A DNA stretch of 64,000 nt from an uncultured Bacillota bacterium (GTDB lineage: Bacteria > Bacillota_I > Bacilli_A > RFN20 > CAG-826): the NCBI GenBank assembly GCA_949293555.1, contig CASFDV010000002.1, positions 106,210 to 170,209 on the forward strand, written 5' to 3'. This document shows positions 16,415 through 26,600 of the stretch, piece by piece; positions within the stretch are counted from its first letter, which is position 1; each line of letters starts with the position of its first letter. A model generated the notes under the pieces. The model did no database searches. It was not told the DNA's origin and was given only the letters and a program-made list of their open reading frames with translations. The translations under genes were made by a program, and so were the position numbers.

Positions 16415-17348
16415 TTTGAAAGACGGGGACCGCGTCTTCGAGCAATACATGGTGAAGGCTTCCGACTGCCTGACCTCGAACGCCGGGAAGAACTACCTGA
16501 GCCTCACCCTCCAGGATTCCACAGGGACGATCTCCGCGAAGAAGTGGGAGGTCGACCCTGGCGATACGGAGATCCTCGCACCTGGGGAGGTCGTCTCGGT
16601 GGAAGGGGCCGTCCTTTCCTACAAAGGCCAGCTCCAGATGAAGATCCTCTCCGTCGATACGGTGGATCCTGCCTTGGTCGACTATTCGAGGCTTCTCCCC
16701 GTCGCCCCCGAGGACCCCAAGGACATGGAGAAGGAAGTCGACGGCCTTCTTTCCTCCATCCGGAACGAGGACCTCCGGAAGCTTGCCATCGCGCTCATCG
16801 ACCGCCATCGGAACGCCTATTTCTCGCACCCTGCCGCCGTGACGAACCATCACGCCTTCCTTGGCGGGCTTGCCTACCATTCCCTCTCGATGGCAAGGCT
16901 CGCGGAGAAGGTTGCCGCCCTTTACCCGACCCTTGACCGCGACTTCCTCGTCGCCGGCGCCCTTGTGCACGACATCGGCAAGACCATCGAGCTTTCTGGC
17001 GCGGTGGCGACCCGCTACACCCTCGAGGGGAAGCTGCTCGGGCATATCGTCCTTCTCGTCGGGGAAATTCGTGAGGAAGCCGATCGGCTCGGCCTTTCCG
17101 GGGAAACCCCCGTTCTTCTCGAGCACATGGTGCTTTCCCACCACACGAAGCCGGAGTTCGGCTCTCCCGTCCCTCCTTTGACCAAGGAGGCGGTCGTCCT
17201 CGGGATGATCGACGACATGGACGCGAAGATCAACATGATGGACCGCATCCTCCAGTCCGTGGAGCCCGGGGAGTGGTCGACCAAGCAGCACGCCCTCGAC
17301 GAGCGCTGTCTCTACCGCCCCTTGGGAAGAGAAAAGGACGGGGAGTAG
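16398..17348 (+). CDS. yhaM: 3'-5' exoribonuclease YhaM (OB-fold + HD domain)
   Basis: The start was refined to ATG 16398, which has GAGGAGGAG upstream. OB-fold N-terminus, HD motif (LVHDIGK), C-terminal region typical of YhaM. Confidence 0.8.
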   Translation: MSRIADLKDGDRVFEQYMVKASDCLTSNAGKNYLSLTLQDSTGTISAKKWEVDPGDTEILAPGEVVSVEGAVLSYKGQLQMKILSVDTVDPALVDYSRLLPVAPEDPKDMEKEVDGLLSSIRNEDLRKLAIALIDRHRNAYFSHPAAVTNHHAFLGGLAYHSLSMARLAEKVAALYPTLDRDFLVAGALVHDIGKTIELSGAVATRYTLEGKLLGHIVLLVGEIREEADRLGLSGETPVLLEHMVLSHHTKPEFGSPVPPLTKEAVVLGMIDDMDAKINMMDRILQSVEPGEWSTKQHALDERCLYRPLGREKDGE

Positions 17349-17362
17349 CCCCGCCCTTCCGG

Positions 17363-17387
17363 AAGCCTTCTTCAGGGAAGGCTTTTT
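17363..17387 (+). terminator. Rho-independent terminator after yhaM (shared with convergent HIT gene)
   Basis: AAGCCTTC-TTCAGG-GAAGGCTT perfect stem followed by TTTT. Confidence 0.6.
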
Positions 17388-17807
17388 CTATTCCCCGACC
17401 TCGCCTTTGATCTTCTCGGCGAGCGTCTGCATCTCGATCATCGGGACGTCCTGGCCCTTCATGGTGATCTGGAAGCCAGGGTCCCCCTGGATGTAGCGGG
17501 GCACGACGTGCACGTGGAAATGCATGACCGACTGCCCGGCCACGGGGCCGACGTTCGTGAGGATGTTGATCCCCTGGGCGCCCAGGACCACCATCTCGGC
17601 CTGGCCGATCCTCTGGGCCACGTCCATGACCTTGTGGAGGGTTTCCTGCGGGCAGCTGAGGAAGTCGTCGTAGTGGCGCTTGGGCATCACGAGGGCATGC
17701 CCTTTCGTCGTCTGGGAGATGTCGAGGATGGCGAGGACGTCGTCGTCCTCGTAGATCTTGGAGGAGGGGATTTCCCCATCGATGATGCGGCAGAAGATGT
17801 CCTTCAT
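17388..17807 (-). CDS. HIT family hydrolase (Hint-like)
   Basis: Histidine triad FHVHVHVVPR; 139 aa. Confidence 0.9.
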   Translation of the reverse strand: MKDIFCRIIDGEIPSSKIYEDDDVLAILDISQTTKGHALVMPKRHYDDFLSCPQETLHKVMDVAQRIGQAEMVVLGAQGINILTNVGPVAGQSVMHFHVHVVPRYIQGDPGFQITMKGQDVPMIEMQTLAEKIKGEVGE

Positions 17808-17827
17808 GCTTGCTCCTTTCTATCTAT

Positions 17828-17857
17828 AAGGAAAGGGGGATGGGCGAGCCATCCCCC
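17828..17857 (-). terminator. Terminator hairpin after the lipoprotein operon (minus strand)
   Basis: GGGGGATGG-GCGAG-CCATCCCCC perfect 9-bp stem; U-rich tail on the minus strand is modest. Confidence 0.5.
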
Positions 17858-17865
17858 TGGTCCGA

Positions 17866-19665
17866 TCAGTCGAAGAGATCGGGGAAGGTGCTGACGAAGT
17901 AGTCGTACACCTCGGTGTCGTGGTAGACGAGCGCCATCTGGTCGACGTAGTACTCGTTGGCCGCGCTGGTCCAGGTGTCGCCCGAGGCAAGGCTGTAGGC
18001 GACCTTCCGCGCGACCTTCTCGGCATAGTAGGGGTCGTTCGCGTGCTTCGCCATGTCGTCGTAGTAGAGGGAGGAGGGGTCCGTCGAGACGGTGTTCTCC
18101 CCGTCGGTCAGCTTGGCGCTCTTGACGGCCTCGTCAACCTTGATGAGGTAGGTGGTGTCGGCCGTCTCGTCGTAGGTGACGTAGGGGTGGGCGCGCCCGG
18201 TCTCGGGATCCCTCTTGGTGAGGTAGTAGTTCCCTCCGCGGTAGTGGCCGTACTGGAAGTTGTCCGCGCGCGTGTCGTCCGCGTAGCCGGAGGCGGTCCA
18301 CTCGGTCGAGTCGACCTCGTTGGCGACCTGGACGCGGAAGAGGCGGTTCTTCAGCTCCTCGTTGTCGAGGGTGAGGGAGCTGCTGGTGAACCACCCGGAG
18401 GTGGTGTCGTCCTGCACGCGGAGCGTCCTCTCCTTGATGATGAGGCCGGTCTCGATCGTGTAGTCGCCGTTGCCGGTGAAGTCGTCGCGGACGGACTCGC
18501 TCTCCGTGTGGAAACGGTCGTCTGCAATCGTCTTGTACTGCTCCATGATGGTGCCGTAGCTCGACTCCAGCCAGTAGGCGTAGTCGATCTCGTTCACCGT
18601 GATGCTGCGGTAGTTCCATCCCGCGGCGGCGTAGATCTTGTTCGCGAGCTCGGTCGCCTCCTCGTTGAGGGCGTAGACGGTGCCCTTGTATAGGGTGTCG
18701 AGGAAGGTCATCCCGTAGACGTCCATGTCGAGGCCCGCCTCGATGACGTTCGCCGCGTAGGCGTCGACGAGGTTCTGGACCGCGGTCGGGTACTGCGGGT
18801 TGTCCTTGAGGGCGATCATGTCGATCTTCCTCGCGGCGGTCAGGCGGATCTGGCCGATGTTCTGGTCGATGAGGTACTGGGCGGTCAGCTCGGTGCGGTA
18901 GATGTCGGGGAGGACGGCGTCCTGGATGTAGCGCTCGTAGGTGCCGAAGATGTCCTTGAAGTAGCTGTTCTCGATGTCGCCCTCATGGAGGCGGTTGCCG
19001 CCGTCGAGGCGCATCGGGCCTTCTTCCTTGGCGCTCTCGCTGAGGCGGAAGGAGCCCTCGACCTGGCGGTAGCCCTCGTTATAGGGGAAGACGTCCCCCT
19101 CCGGCTGGGCGAGGTCGTAGTAGCTCGCGGTCTGCGCGTCGTAGAACTTCTTCTCGCTGAACTCGCTCCGCACCTGGTAGGCGCTGTCCTGGACATAGCC
19201 CCAGAAGACGTCGCGGATGCGGTAGAGGACTTCCTCGTAGAAGTTGATGACCTTGCTGATCGCCGGCTTCCCTTCCGCGTCGTGGTAGAGGGGATAGGCG
19301 GTGGCGAAGGCGGTGATGGCCTCGGTCTTGGAATTGTCGGCGAGGTACTCCTCGGCGACGGTCCTGAGACCCTTCTCGAGAAGCTTCCCCTCGTCGTCAT
19401 AGACGTCGAAGAAGTTCCCGTAGATGGTGGTGCTGTAGAGGTAGAGGACGTTCTGGAGGACGTTCTGGCTGTTGGTGTCGCCCGGGGTGACGAGGGCGTC
19501 GTAGATCTCGCCCATCGTGTTGTTCGCGACGGGGTTCTCGAGATTGAGGATGGGACGGTCCTCGAATTCCTTGGTAGGCCTGGCCTCGACGTCGTCGCAG
19601 CCGGCAAGGACGAGCCCGCTGGCGGCGAGGACGAGGAGCGCGGAGGCGAATCTCTTGCTGTTCAT
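17866..19665 (-). CDS. Large lipoprotein of unknown function
   Basis: The start was refined to MNSKRFASALLVLAASGLVLAGC|DD (lipobox LAGC), which has an AGGAG RBS. Track has a longer start at 19719. About 599 aa, acidic, Y/D-rich. Confidence 0.7.
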   Translation of the reverse strand: MNSKRFASALLVLAASGLVLAGCDDVEARPTKEFEDRPILNLENPVANNTMGEIYDALVTPGDTNSQNVLQNVLYLYSTTIYGNFFDVYDDEGKLLEKGLRTVAEEYLADNSKTEAITAFATAYPLYHDAEGKPAISKVINFYEEVLYRIRDVFWGYVQDSAYQVRSEFSEKKFYDAQTASYYDLAQPEGDVFPYNEGYRQVEGSFRLSESAKEEGPMRLDGGNRLHEGDIENSYFKDIFGTYERYIQDAVLPDIYRTELTAQYLIDQNIGQIRLTAARKIDMIALKDNPQYPTAVQNLVDAYAANVIEAGLDMDVYGMTFLDTLYKGTVYALNEEATELANKIYAAAGWNYRSITVNEIDYAYWLESSYGTIMEQYKTIADDRFHTESESVRDDFTGNGDYTIETGLIIKERTLRVQDDTTSGWFTSSSLTLDNEELKNRLFRVQVANEVDSTEWTASGYADDTRADNFQYGHYRGGNYYLTKRDPETGRAHPYVTYDETADTTYLIKVDEAVKSAKLTDGENTVSTDPSSLYYDDMAKHANDPYYAEKVARKVAYSLASGDTWTSAANEYYVDQMALVYHDTEVYDYFVSTFPDLFD

Positions 19666-19684
19666 TGTCGCTTCTCCTGGTTCC

Positions 19685-21856
19685 TTAGGCATTTGCGGGG
19701 TAGTAGCAGGCCCCGCCAACTTCCCAGATGCCTTCGATGGCCTGGGTCTGGTAGTCCACGGCGCAGATCTCGGAGATGAGGTAGCCGGTGCCGGTTTCCT
19801 CGCCCACGGCGCGGAACTGCTCCTGGGCGGCGATCTTCTCGGCGTAGGCCTTCCAGTTGTCGCTCCAGGTGGTGAAGGCGCTGTCGATGTTGGACTGCCT
19901 CGAGGTCTGGACGTAGGTCTTCATGTCTTCCTCGATGCTCTGGTCGGCGAACTCGATCGCCCCTTCCTCGACGAGCCTCTGGAAGTTGTAGGAGCTGAGG
20001 TTCGGGTTGTAGGAGGTGATCTCGTCGCTCACCTCGTTGGCCCTCTCGGTCCAGCTGGTGCTCGAGCTGATGTTGAAGTTGACGTAGGTCGTCTTGGGCT
20101 CGGTCTCGCCCTCGGCCTCGTAGGTCGGGTAGCGGGACATGTTCGGCGTCGCGGTGGTGTAGTACTCGCTGAGCGTCGCGGTGTCCCCGCCGGTGACCGG
20201 GGCCTCGTTCTCGACGATCTGGCCGGTGCTCCCGTCGACGGACTGGCCGTACTCGCTGAGGGCGGAGCGCTCGATGACGATGAAGTGGATGCCCTGGTAG
20301 CTGTCGCTCCCGGCGCGGACGGCGAGGACGATCTGGCCCTTCTCATCGGTCAGGACGTTGTTCGCGAACTGCGGGAGGACGTTGGTGGTGTCCACCTGGA
20401 AGCCCGGGAGGGCGGCGAACTGCTGGTTCACCTTGCCGACCTTGTCCTCGGAAGTGATGTGGCCGGTGGCCTCGTCGACGGTGATGAAGGAAGAAAGGTC
20501 GTTCTCGGCCTCAATGAGGTCGCTGATGGTGTTGGTCGCGATCTCGTTCGGGGTGATGACGCAGATGTTGTGGCGGTTGAAGTACTTGTTGTAGATGACG
20601 TTCCTCGGGTAGAAGGTGTCGACGTTGTTGTTGACCGGGTTGCCGTTGGCATCCTCCTGAACCTTGGCCTCCTCGAGGAGGGCGATCGCGGCGCCGAAGG
20701 GAATCTGGCCGATCCCGAGGTTCTCGAAGAAGGAGTAGACGGTCTCGTCGGTCCCGTCGAGCACCTGGTTCTCGTCGATCATCTCGTCGGTGATGGTCCC
20801 GTTCTCGGAAGCCTCGGCATCCTCGCGAAGGCCCGGGGCGACGCGGTAGCGGTTCTCTTTGCCGTAGGCGCTTTCCTTGTTCCTCTCGTTATAGAGCGAC
20901 TCGAAGGCGTAGGCGCCGAGCTTGAACTCGGGGACGTAGTCCGTCTCCATCACCTTGGTGACGATGCCGGAGTCGCCATAGGCGGCGGCGCTCCCGGTGT
21001 CGTCGGAGAAGACGTTGGCGATCTGGCTGAAGGACCAGCGGGAGCTCTCGTCGAGGGCGACGATGGACTGGGTGCCGTCCTCGGCGGTGCTGATGCCGGC
21101 GCCCGCCAGGGCCATCACGACGTTGGCAAGGTCCGTGGCCTCGCCGCCCTCGTCAAGGGAGGTGGACTCGGAAATCTTGTCCTGGGTGTACTCGTTGGCG
21201 ATCCCGCTGTTCAGCTTCACTAGGATGTGGCGGAAGTGATAGGGCATCTGCTCCTTGAGCCAGCCGTCGTTGCCCGCGCCCCATTCCTCGCTCTCGGGGA
21301 AGGAGACGTGGCTGACGCCATCGGAGGTGGTGTAGGTGCCGTCCCTCATGGCGTCGACGCCGTTGACGGCGCTATCGCCGGTCCCGAAGGTCTGCTCGAG
21401 GTCCTGCTGGAAGCGGGCCCGCTCCTCTTCGTAGAGGTGGTGCTCGTAGAGTTCGTCGACGTTATCCACGCCGGCGCTATCGAGGATGGCCTCGAATTCA
21501 GCCTCGTAGCTGGTGCCGTTGCTCTCGGCGTTCGTCTCGGCGGTCTGCTTGTCCTCGAGGACGGCGGAAGTCGCCCTCTCTTCGAGCTCGGCGAGGACCG
21601 ACGCCTGGGACTCGTCCGCGTAGTAGTTGCGGATAAGCACCTCGTAGACGTGGTCGAACTCCGTGCTCAGGCTCGTCCCGTCCTGGCGGTAGTCGTTGAG
21701 AAGATCCTCGGCGGTGTAGGCCACGCGGTTCCCGCGGGCGTCCGTGTAGGTGAAGATCGCTCCATCGGCGCTCCAGGTAGGGGAATCGCAGGCGGCGAGA
21801 CCGACGGCGCCGGCGAAGAGCCCGGCCATCAGGATCGCGCATTTTTTGGTGTTCAT
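19685..21856 (-). CDS. Large lipoprotein of unknown function (possible parvulin-like segment)
   Basis: The start was refined to MNTKKCAILMAGLFAGAVGLAAC|DS (lipobox LAAC). Track start is 21898. About 723 aa; contains …YHFRHILVKL… reminiscent of the PpiC/PrsA rotamase motif (weak). Lies 19 nt upstream of the next lipoprotein gene (operon). Confidence 0.65.
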   Translation of the reverse strand: MNTKKCAILMAGLFAGAVGLAACDSPTWSADGAIFTYTDARGNRVAYTAEDLLNDYRQDGTSLSTEFDHVYEVLIRNYYADESQASVLAELEERATSAVLEDKQTAETNAESNGTSYEAEFEAILDSAGVDNVDELYEHHLYEEERARFQQDLEQTFGTGDSAVNGVDAMRDGTYTTSDGVSHVSFPESEEWGAGNDGWLKEQMPYHFRHILVKLNSGIANEYTQDKISESTSLDEGGEATDLANVVMALAGAGISTAEDGTQSIVALDESSRWSFSQIANVFSDDTGSAAAYGDSGIVTKVMETDYVPEFKLGAYAFESLYNERNKESAYGKENRYRVAPGLREDAEASENGTITDEMIDENQVLDGTDETVYSFFENLGIGQIPFGAAIALLEEAKVQEDANGNPVNNNVDTFYPRNVIYNKYFNRHNICVITPNEIATNTISDLIEAENDLSSFITVDEATGHITSEDKVGKVNQQFAALPGFQVDTTNVLPQFANNVLTDEKGQIVLAVRAGSDSYQGIHFIVIERSALSEYGQSVDGSTGQIVENEAPVTGGDTATLSEYYTTATPNMSRYPTYEAEGETEPKTTYVNFNISSSTSWTERANEVSDEITSYNPNLSSYNFQRLVEEGAIEFADQSIEEDMKTYVQTSRQSNIDSAFTTWSDNWKAYAEKIAAQEQFRAVGEETGTGYLISEICAVDYQTQAIEGIWEVGGACYYPANA

Positions 21857-22016
21857 ATCGAAGTCAGAGATCCTCCTGCCAAATTCATGCGCGTGCATTC
21901 TATTCTTTGGGGGCTATGGAAGCAACGCGGAAAAATCGCGGGGCGGCGGGGCTTATCGCATCGTTTGAAGAGAGTGTTTGGGAATACTAGGATTAAGCGC
22001 CCGGAAGGAGGAAGAG

Positions 22017-22844
22017 ATGGGAAGGTTGGAAATCAAAGGACTTTCGGCCGGCGTCAGGGGGAAACGGATCCTCCGGGGCGTCGAGCTGACCGTCGAGGAA
22101 GGCGATTCCCTCGCCCTCCTTGGGCCGAACGGCCACGGGAAGAGCACCCTCCTCGGGTGCATCATGGGAAATCCTGCCTTCGAAGTTTACGAGGGTTCCG
22201 TGACCTACGATGGCAAGGACGTCCTTTCTCTCTCGGTCGACGAACGAAGCCGGCTTGGCATCTTCCTCGGGATGCAGAATCCTGTGGAAGTCCCCGGGGT
22301 TCCTTCCTCCGACTTCCTCAAGGCGGCGATGAACGCGAGGAGGGAGAAGAAGCTTTCGCTCTTCCAATTCATCCGGAAGGCGGAGGCCGCCTACAAGGAG
22401 GTCGGCATCCCCTTCGAGATGGCCCAGCGGAACCTGAACGAAGGATTCTCCGGCGGCGAACGGAAGAAGAACGAGATCCTCCAGATGCGGCTTCTCGAGC
22501 CAGGGCTCGCGATGCTCGACGAGATCGACTCCGGGCTTGACGTGGATGCGATCGAAAGGGTCGCCGAGACGATCCTGAAAGAGAAAGAGCGCGGAACCTC
22601 CTTCCTCGTGATCAGCCACTATGCGAGGCTCTTCCACCTCATTCAGCCGAGCCGCTCCGCGATCATGGTGAACGGCAGGATCGTTCTGGATGGCGGCCCG
22701 GAGCTGGTCGACCGGATCGACAAGGAAGGTTATGAATGGCTCCATAAGGAGCTTGGCATAAGCCTTGAGAAGGTCGTTGACGCCCCGATGAACGAAGTGT
22801 CCATCGGCGTCTGCGCGACGAAGGAAGCTTTGGATGGAAAGTAG
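22017..22844 (+). CDS. sufC: Fe-S cluster assembly ATPase SufC
   Basis: Start refined to ATG 22017 after AAGGAGG; Walker A GPNGHGKST, ABC signature FSGGERKK, Walker B/D-loop MLDEIDSGLD. Confidence 0.9.
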   Translation: MGRLEIKGLSAGVRGKRILRGVELTVEEGDSLALLGPNGHGKSTLLGCIMGNPAFEVYEGSVTYDGKDVLSLSVDERSRLGIFLGMQNPVEVPGVPSSDFLKAAMNARREKKLSLFQFIRKAEAAYKEVGIPFEMAQRNLNEGFSGGERKKNEILQMRLLEPGLAMLDEIDSGLDVDAIERVAETILKEKERGTSFLVISHYARLFHLIQPSRSAIMVNGRIVLDGGPELVDRIDKEGYEWLHKELGISLEKVVDAPMNEVSIGVCATKEALDGK

Positions 22845-23535
22845 CCTCAGACACCTTTCCTGCGCACCCATCCTTTACCTCGACCATTCCGGGGATATTT
22901 CGATTTCTGTTCGAGAAAACGAGCAAAAACGACTTCTAATCGCGGATTTCGTAGCTTTCCGTCCTCGAAAAATCATGGTGAGCGTCGCTTCTGGCGCGTC
23001 CTTGGATGTTTGCGTCGCCGATTTTGCGCGGGGGACTGGGTCCTTTCTCGTTGAGGCTTCCTGCGAAGGCGATTCCTCCGAATTCGCCTTCCGTCTTTCG
23101 AGCCTGGCCCTCGGCGAGGACGCGAAGACTTTCGACGTACGGCTTGTTCATCGCCTCGTCCACCAAAAGGGGAAGGTCGACATGAACGGCATCGCCGGCG
23201 GTTCTTCCCGGCTCCATTTCCTGGGGGAGACCGTTGTCGAGCGCGGCGCGAGCGGCACCAAGACCAGGCAAGACGGGAGGATCATCGTGATCGATCCCAA
23301 GGCATCGTGCCGGTGCTCGCCCGCCCTTCGCATTTTCGACAATGATGTCGATGCCGGGCATGGGGCGGTCGAGGGACGGCTTTCTGACCAGGAGCTTTTC
23401 TACCTTCAGAGCAGGGGAATCCCTGAGCAAGAGGCACGGCGCTTGATTGCAATGGGGTATCTTTCTCCGATTGCGTCTTACTTTCCCGAAGGTGTCCGCG
23501 AGAAGATCCTCAGCGCTGTGGAGGAGGGCATATGA
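22834..23535 (+). CDS. sufD: SufD-like Fe-S assembly protein (minimal, 233 aa)
   Basis: SufB/SufD beta-helix core and C-terminal helices (…GRIIVIDPKAS…DAGHGAVEGRLSDQELFYLQSRGI…); lacks the usual N-terminal domain. Confidence 0.7.
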   Translation: MESSLRHLSCAPILYLDHSGDISISVRENEQKRLLIADFVAFRPRKIMVSVASGASLDVCVADFARGTGSFLVEASCEGDSSEFAFRLSSLALGEDAKTFDVRLVHRLVHQKGKVDMNGIAGGSSRLHFLGETVVERGASGTKTRQDGRIIVIDPKASCRCSPALRIFDNDVDAGHGAVEGRLSDQELFYLQSRGIPEQEARRLIAMGYLSPIASYFPEGVREKILSAVEEGI

Positions 23536-24758
23536 TCGATCGCGTCCGCTTTCTCAAGGACTTCCCGATGCTTTCGGGGAAGAGCATGCAGGGCCATCCT
23601 CTCGTGTGGCTTGATAATGCCTCCACGACTTTTAAGCCCCGTTCGGTGATGGAGGCTGTGGACCGCTATTACACGGAGTGCACCAGCAACAGCCACCGGG
23701 GTGACTATGACCTTTGCTATCAGATGGACAACCTCGTCCAGGAAAGCCGCGAGACGATCGCCCGCTTCATAAACGCCAACCCGTCGGAGGTCGTCTTCAC
23801 AAGCGGTGCCACCGCCTCCTTGAACCTCGTCGCCTTCGGATATGGCCTTACCCACGTGAAGGCGGGGGACGAGATCCTTCTTACCCAGGCCGAGCATGCA
23901 TCGAACGTCCTTCCGTGGTTCAAGGTAAGCGAGATGACCGGGGCGAAAGTCAACTACATCCCCCTGGACCAGGAAGGGCGCCTTACTCCGGAGAACCTGA
24001 AGAGAGCGATCACGCCCAGGACGAAGATCATCGCGGTAGCTCATGTTACGAACGTCCTCGGTTATGTAGCGCCGGTGAAAGAACTTGCGGAAATCGCGCA
24101 TGGCAATGGGGCTATCCTCGTGATCGACGGGGCGCAGTCCGTCCCCCATATGAGGACGGACGTGAAGGACCTGGACTGCGACTTCCTCGCCTTCTCCGGG
24201 CACAAGATGTGCGGTCCTACGGGGATCGGTGTGCTCTACGGGAAGTACGACCTGCTTCGCGAGACGGAGCCCTTCATGACCGGGGGCGGGATGAACGCGA
24301 AGTTCGATATGTGCGGGGATGTGAACTACCTCCAGCCTCCGCTTCGCTTCGAGGCCGGCACCCAGAACCTGGAGGGGATCCTCGGGATGAAGGCCGCCGT
24401 CGACTATATCGAGTCCGTGGGGATTGACGATATCCGTGATTATGAGCGGGATTTGAAGAAATATGCCGTCTCAGAGTTGGAGAAGACGGGGATGGCAGAC
24501 ATCTACAATCCTCGTAGCGAGGCCGGGATCGTCGCCTTTAATGTGAAGGGCGTGTTCGCCCAGGACGCCGCCACGTTCCTCAACTCCAGAGGAATTGCCT
24601 GCCGCTCCGGCAACCATTGCGCCAAGATCCTCATCGACTATCTCGGGCAGGTCGCCACCGTTAGGGCGAGCTTCTACTTCTACACCACCCGCGAGGACAT
24701 TGACTGCCTCGTGGATGCCGTCCGGCATGGAAAGGAGTTCTTGGATGCCTATTTCTGA
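23532..24758 (+). CDS. sufS: Cysteine desulfurase SufS
   Basis: 408 aa class II aminotransferase-V; PLP lysine region FSGHKMCGPTGIG, active-site loop RSGNHCA. Confidence 0.9.
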   Translation: MIDRVRFLKDFPMLSGKSMQGHPLVWLDNASTTFKPRSVMEAVDRYYTECTSNSHRGDYDLCYQMDNLVQESRETIARFINANPSEVVFTSGATASLNLVAFGYGLTHVKAGDEILLTQAEHASNVLPWFKVSEMTGAKVNYIPLDQEGRLTPENLKRAITPRTKIIAVAHVTNVLGYVAPVKELAEIAHGNGAILVIDGAQSVPHMRTDVKDLDCDFLAFSGHKMCGPTGIGVLYGKYDLLRETEPFMTGGGMNAKFDMCGDVNYLQPPLRFEAGTQNLEGILGMKAAVDYIESVGIDDIRDYERDLKKYAVSELEKTGMADIYNPRSEAGIVAFNVKGVFAQDAATFLNSRGIACRSGNHCAKILIDYLGQVATVRASFYFYTTREDIDCLVDAVRHGKEFLDAYF

Positions 24759-25191
24759 TATCACCCCGGAGATGATGCGCGAGATCATTCTCGACCACTA
24801 CTCGAACCCTCTCCACAAGGGCCGCCCTTCCGACGAATCGCTTTACGAGAAGACCCATGCCGACTCGACCAACTGCATCGACGATTTCGATTTGTTCCTT
24901 CGTTTCGATGGGGATAAGGTCGTGGACGCTCTCTGGGATGGGGTCGCCTGCGCGATTTCGACTGCCTCGACGGATATCCTCTGCGACCGCTTGATCGGAA
25001 TGGGCAAGGGGGAGGCGCTTCATCTTATCGAGCAATTCATGCTTATGATCGAGGAGAAGCCTTTCGACGAGGAACTCATGGAAGAGGCCCTGGCGTTCCG
25101 GAACACTGGGAAGCAGGCTGCGCGGATCCATTGCGCGACGATGGGCTGGACCGCGGCGGGAGCGATCCTCGAGGGGAAAGATAAGGAGTAG
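24745..25191 (+). CDS. sufU: SUF system Fe-S scaffold SufU (IscU/NifU-like)
   Basis: Start refined to ATG 24745 after AAAGGAG; cysteine ligands (CIDDF, CAIS, HCATMG); overlaps sufS 3' end by 14 nt. Confidence 0.85.
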   Translation: MPISDITPEMMREIILDHYSNPLHKGRPSDESLYEKTHADSTNCIDDFDLFLRFDGDKVVDALWDGVACAISTASTDILCDRLIGMGKGEALHLIEQFMLMIEEKPFDEELMEEALAFRNTGKQAARIHCATMGWTAAGAILEGKDKE

Positions 25192-25193
25192 CG

Positions 25194-26600
25194 ATGGCGG
25201 ACGAGAAGAAGCCTCCGCTTCCCGGAGGCGAGTACAAGTACGGCTTCCGCGACGACGCCCGCATCCTTTTCACCACCGGAAAGGGGCTCGACGAGGAGGT
25301 TGTCCGCAAGATTTCCGAGGTGAAAGGGGAGCCGGAATGGATGCTCCAGTACCGTCTCAATTCCCTGAAGGCGTTCGAAGAGTTGCCGATGCCTTCCTAT
25401 GGCCCTGATCTCTCCTTCCTCGATTTCCAGAGCTACACCTATTTCACGAGGGTCGCTCCCGGAGAGGGGGACCGGTGGGAAGACGTTCCCGAGACGGTGA
25501 AGGAGACGTTCGAGAAGCTGGGCATCCCGGAGGCGGAAAGGAAATTCTTCGCCGGGGTCACGACCCAGTATGAAAGCGAGGTCGTCTACCACAACATGCT
25601 GGAGGAGGTCCGCGAGAAAGGCGTCGTCTTCCTTTCCACCGACATGGGCCTCCAGGCCTGCCCTGAGCTCTTCAAGAAATACTTCGGGAAGGTGGTCGGG
25701 CCAAGGGACAACAAGTTCGCCGCGCTCAACGGCGCCGTTTGGTCCGGCGGCTCCTTCATCTATGTCCCCAAGGGCGTGCGGCTCGAAAAGCCTCTCCAAA
25801 GCTACTTCCGGATCAATAACGAGAAGACCGGCCAGTTCGAGAGGACCCTCATCATCGTCGACGAGGGGGCCGACGTGAACTACGTGGAAGGATGCACCGC
25901 GCCGATCTATAGCAAGGAATCGCTCCATGCCGCCGTCGTCGAGATCGTTGTTCTCCCTGGGGCAAGGTGCCGCTATACGACCGTGCAGAACTGGTCCACG
26001 AACATCGTGAACCTCGTCACCCAGAGGGCGCTCGTCCAGGAAGGCGGTCTCATGGAATGGGTGGACGGGAACATCGGGAGCTACCGGAACATGAAGTATC
26101 CCGGTTGCATTCTCGCCGGAGACGGAGCGCGCGGCTCCGTCATCTCGATCGCCGTCGGAGGGAAGAATCAGTTCCAGGACAACGGGGCGCGCATGATCCA
26201 TCTGGCGCCCAACACCTCGAGCACCATCATCTCGAAGAGCATCTGCCACGACGGAGGAACCGCAAACTACAGGGGGACCGTGCGTATTCACCCCGGCGCC
26301 GCCAACGCTCATTCCCACGTGGAGTGCGACACCCTCATGGTGGACGGGCTTTCCTCTTCCGACACCTTCCCGAAGAACGAGGTCTATAACGGCTCAAGCT
26401 ATATCGAGCACGAGGCGAGCGTCAGCAAGATCAATGAAGAGCAACTCTTTTATTTGATGAGCCGGGGCCTTAGCAAGGAAGAGGCGACCCAGATGATCGT
26501 CATGGGATTCATCGAGCCCTTCAGCAGGGAACTTCCCATGGAGTACGCCGTCGAGCTCAACCAGCTGATCAAGCTCGACATGTCCGGGTCCATCGGATGA
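25194..26600 (+). CDS. sufB: Fe-S cluster assembly protein SufB
   Basis: 468 aa; SufB C-terminal beta-helix and conserved …[16 protein letters not shown]…; ends with ATGA overlap into mnmG. Confidence 0.92.
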   Translation: MADEKKPPLPGGEYKYGFRDDARILFTTGKGLDEEVVRKISEVKGEPEWMLQYRLNSLKAFEELPMPSYGPDLSFLDFQSYTYFTRVAPGEGDRWEDVPETVKETFEKLGIPEAERKFFAGVTTQYESEVVYHNMLEEVREKGVVFLSTDMGLQACPELFKKYFGKVVGPRDNKFAALNGAVWSGGSFIYVPKGVRLEKPLQSYFRINNEKTGQFERTLIIVDEGADVNYVEGCTAPIYSKESLHAAVVEIVVLPGARCRYTTVQNWSTNIVNLVTQRALVQEGGLMEWVDGNIGSYRNMKYPGCILAGDGARGSVISIAVGGKNQFQDNGARMIHLAPNTSSTIISKSICHDGGTANYRGTVRIHPGAANAHSHVECDTLMVDGLSSSDTFPKNEVYNGSSYIEHEASVSKINEEQLFYLMSRGLSKEEATQMIVMGFIEPFSRELPMEYAVELNQLIKLDMSGSIG

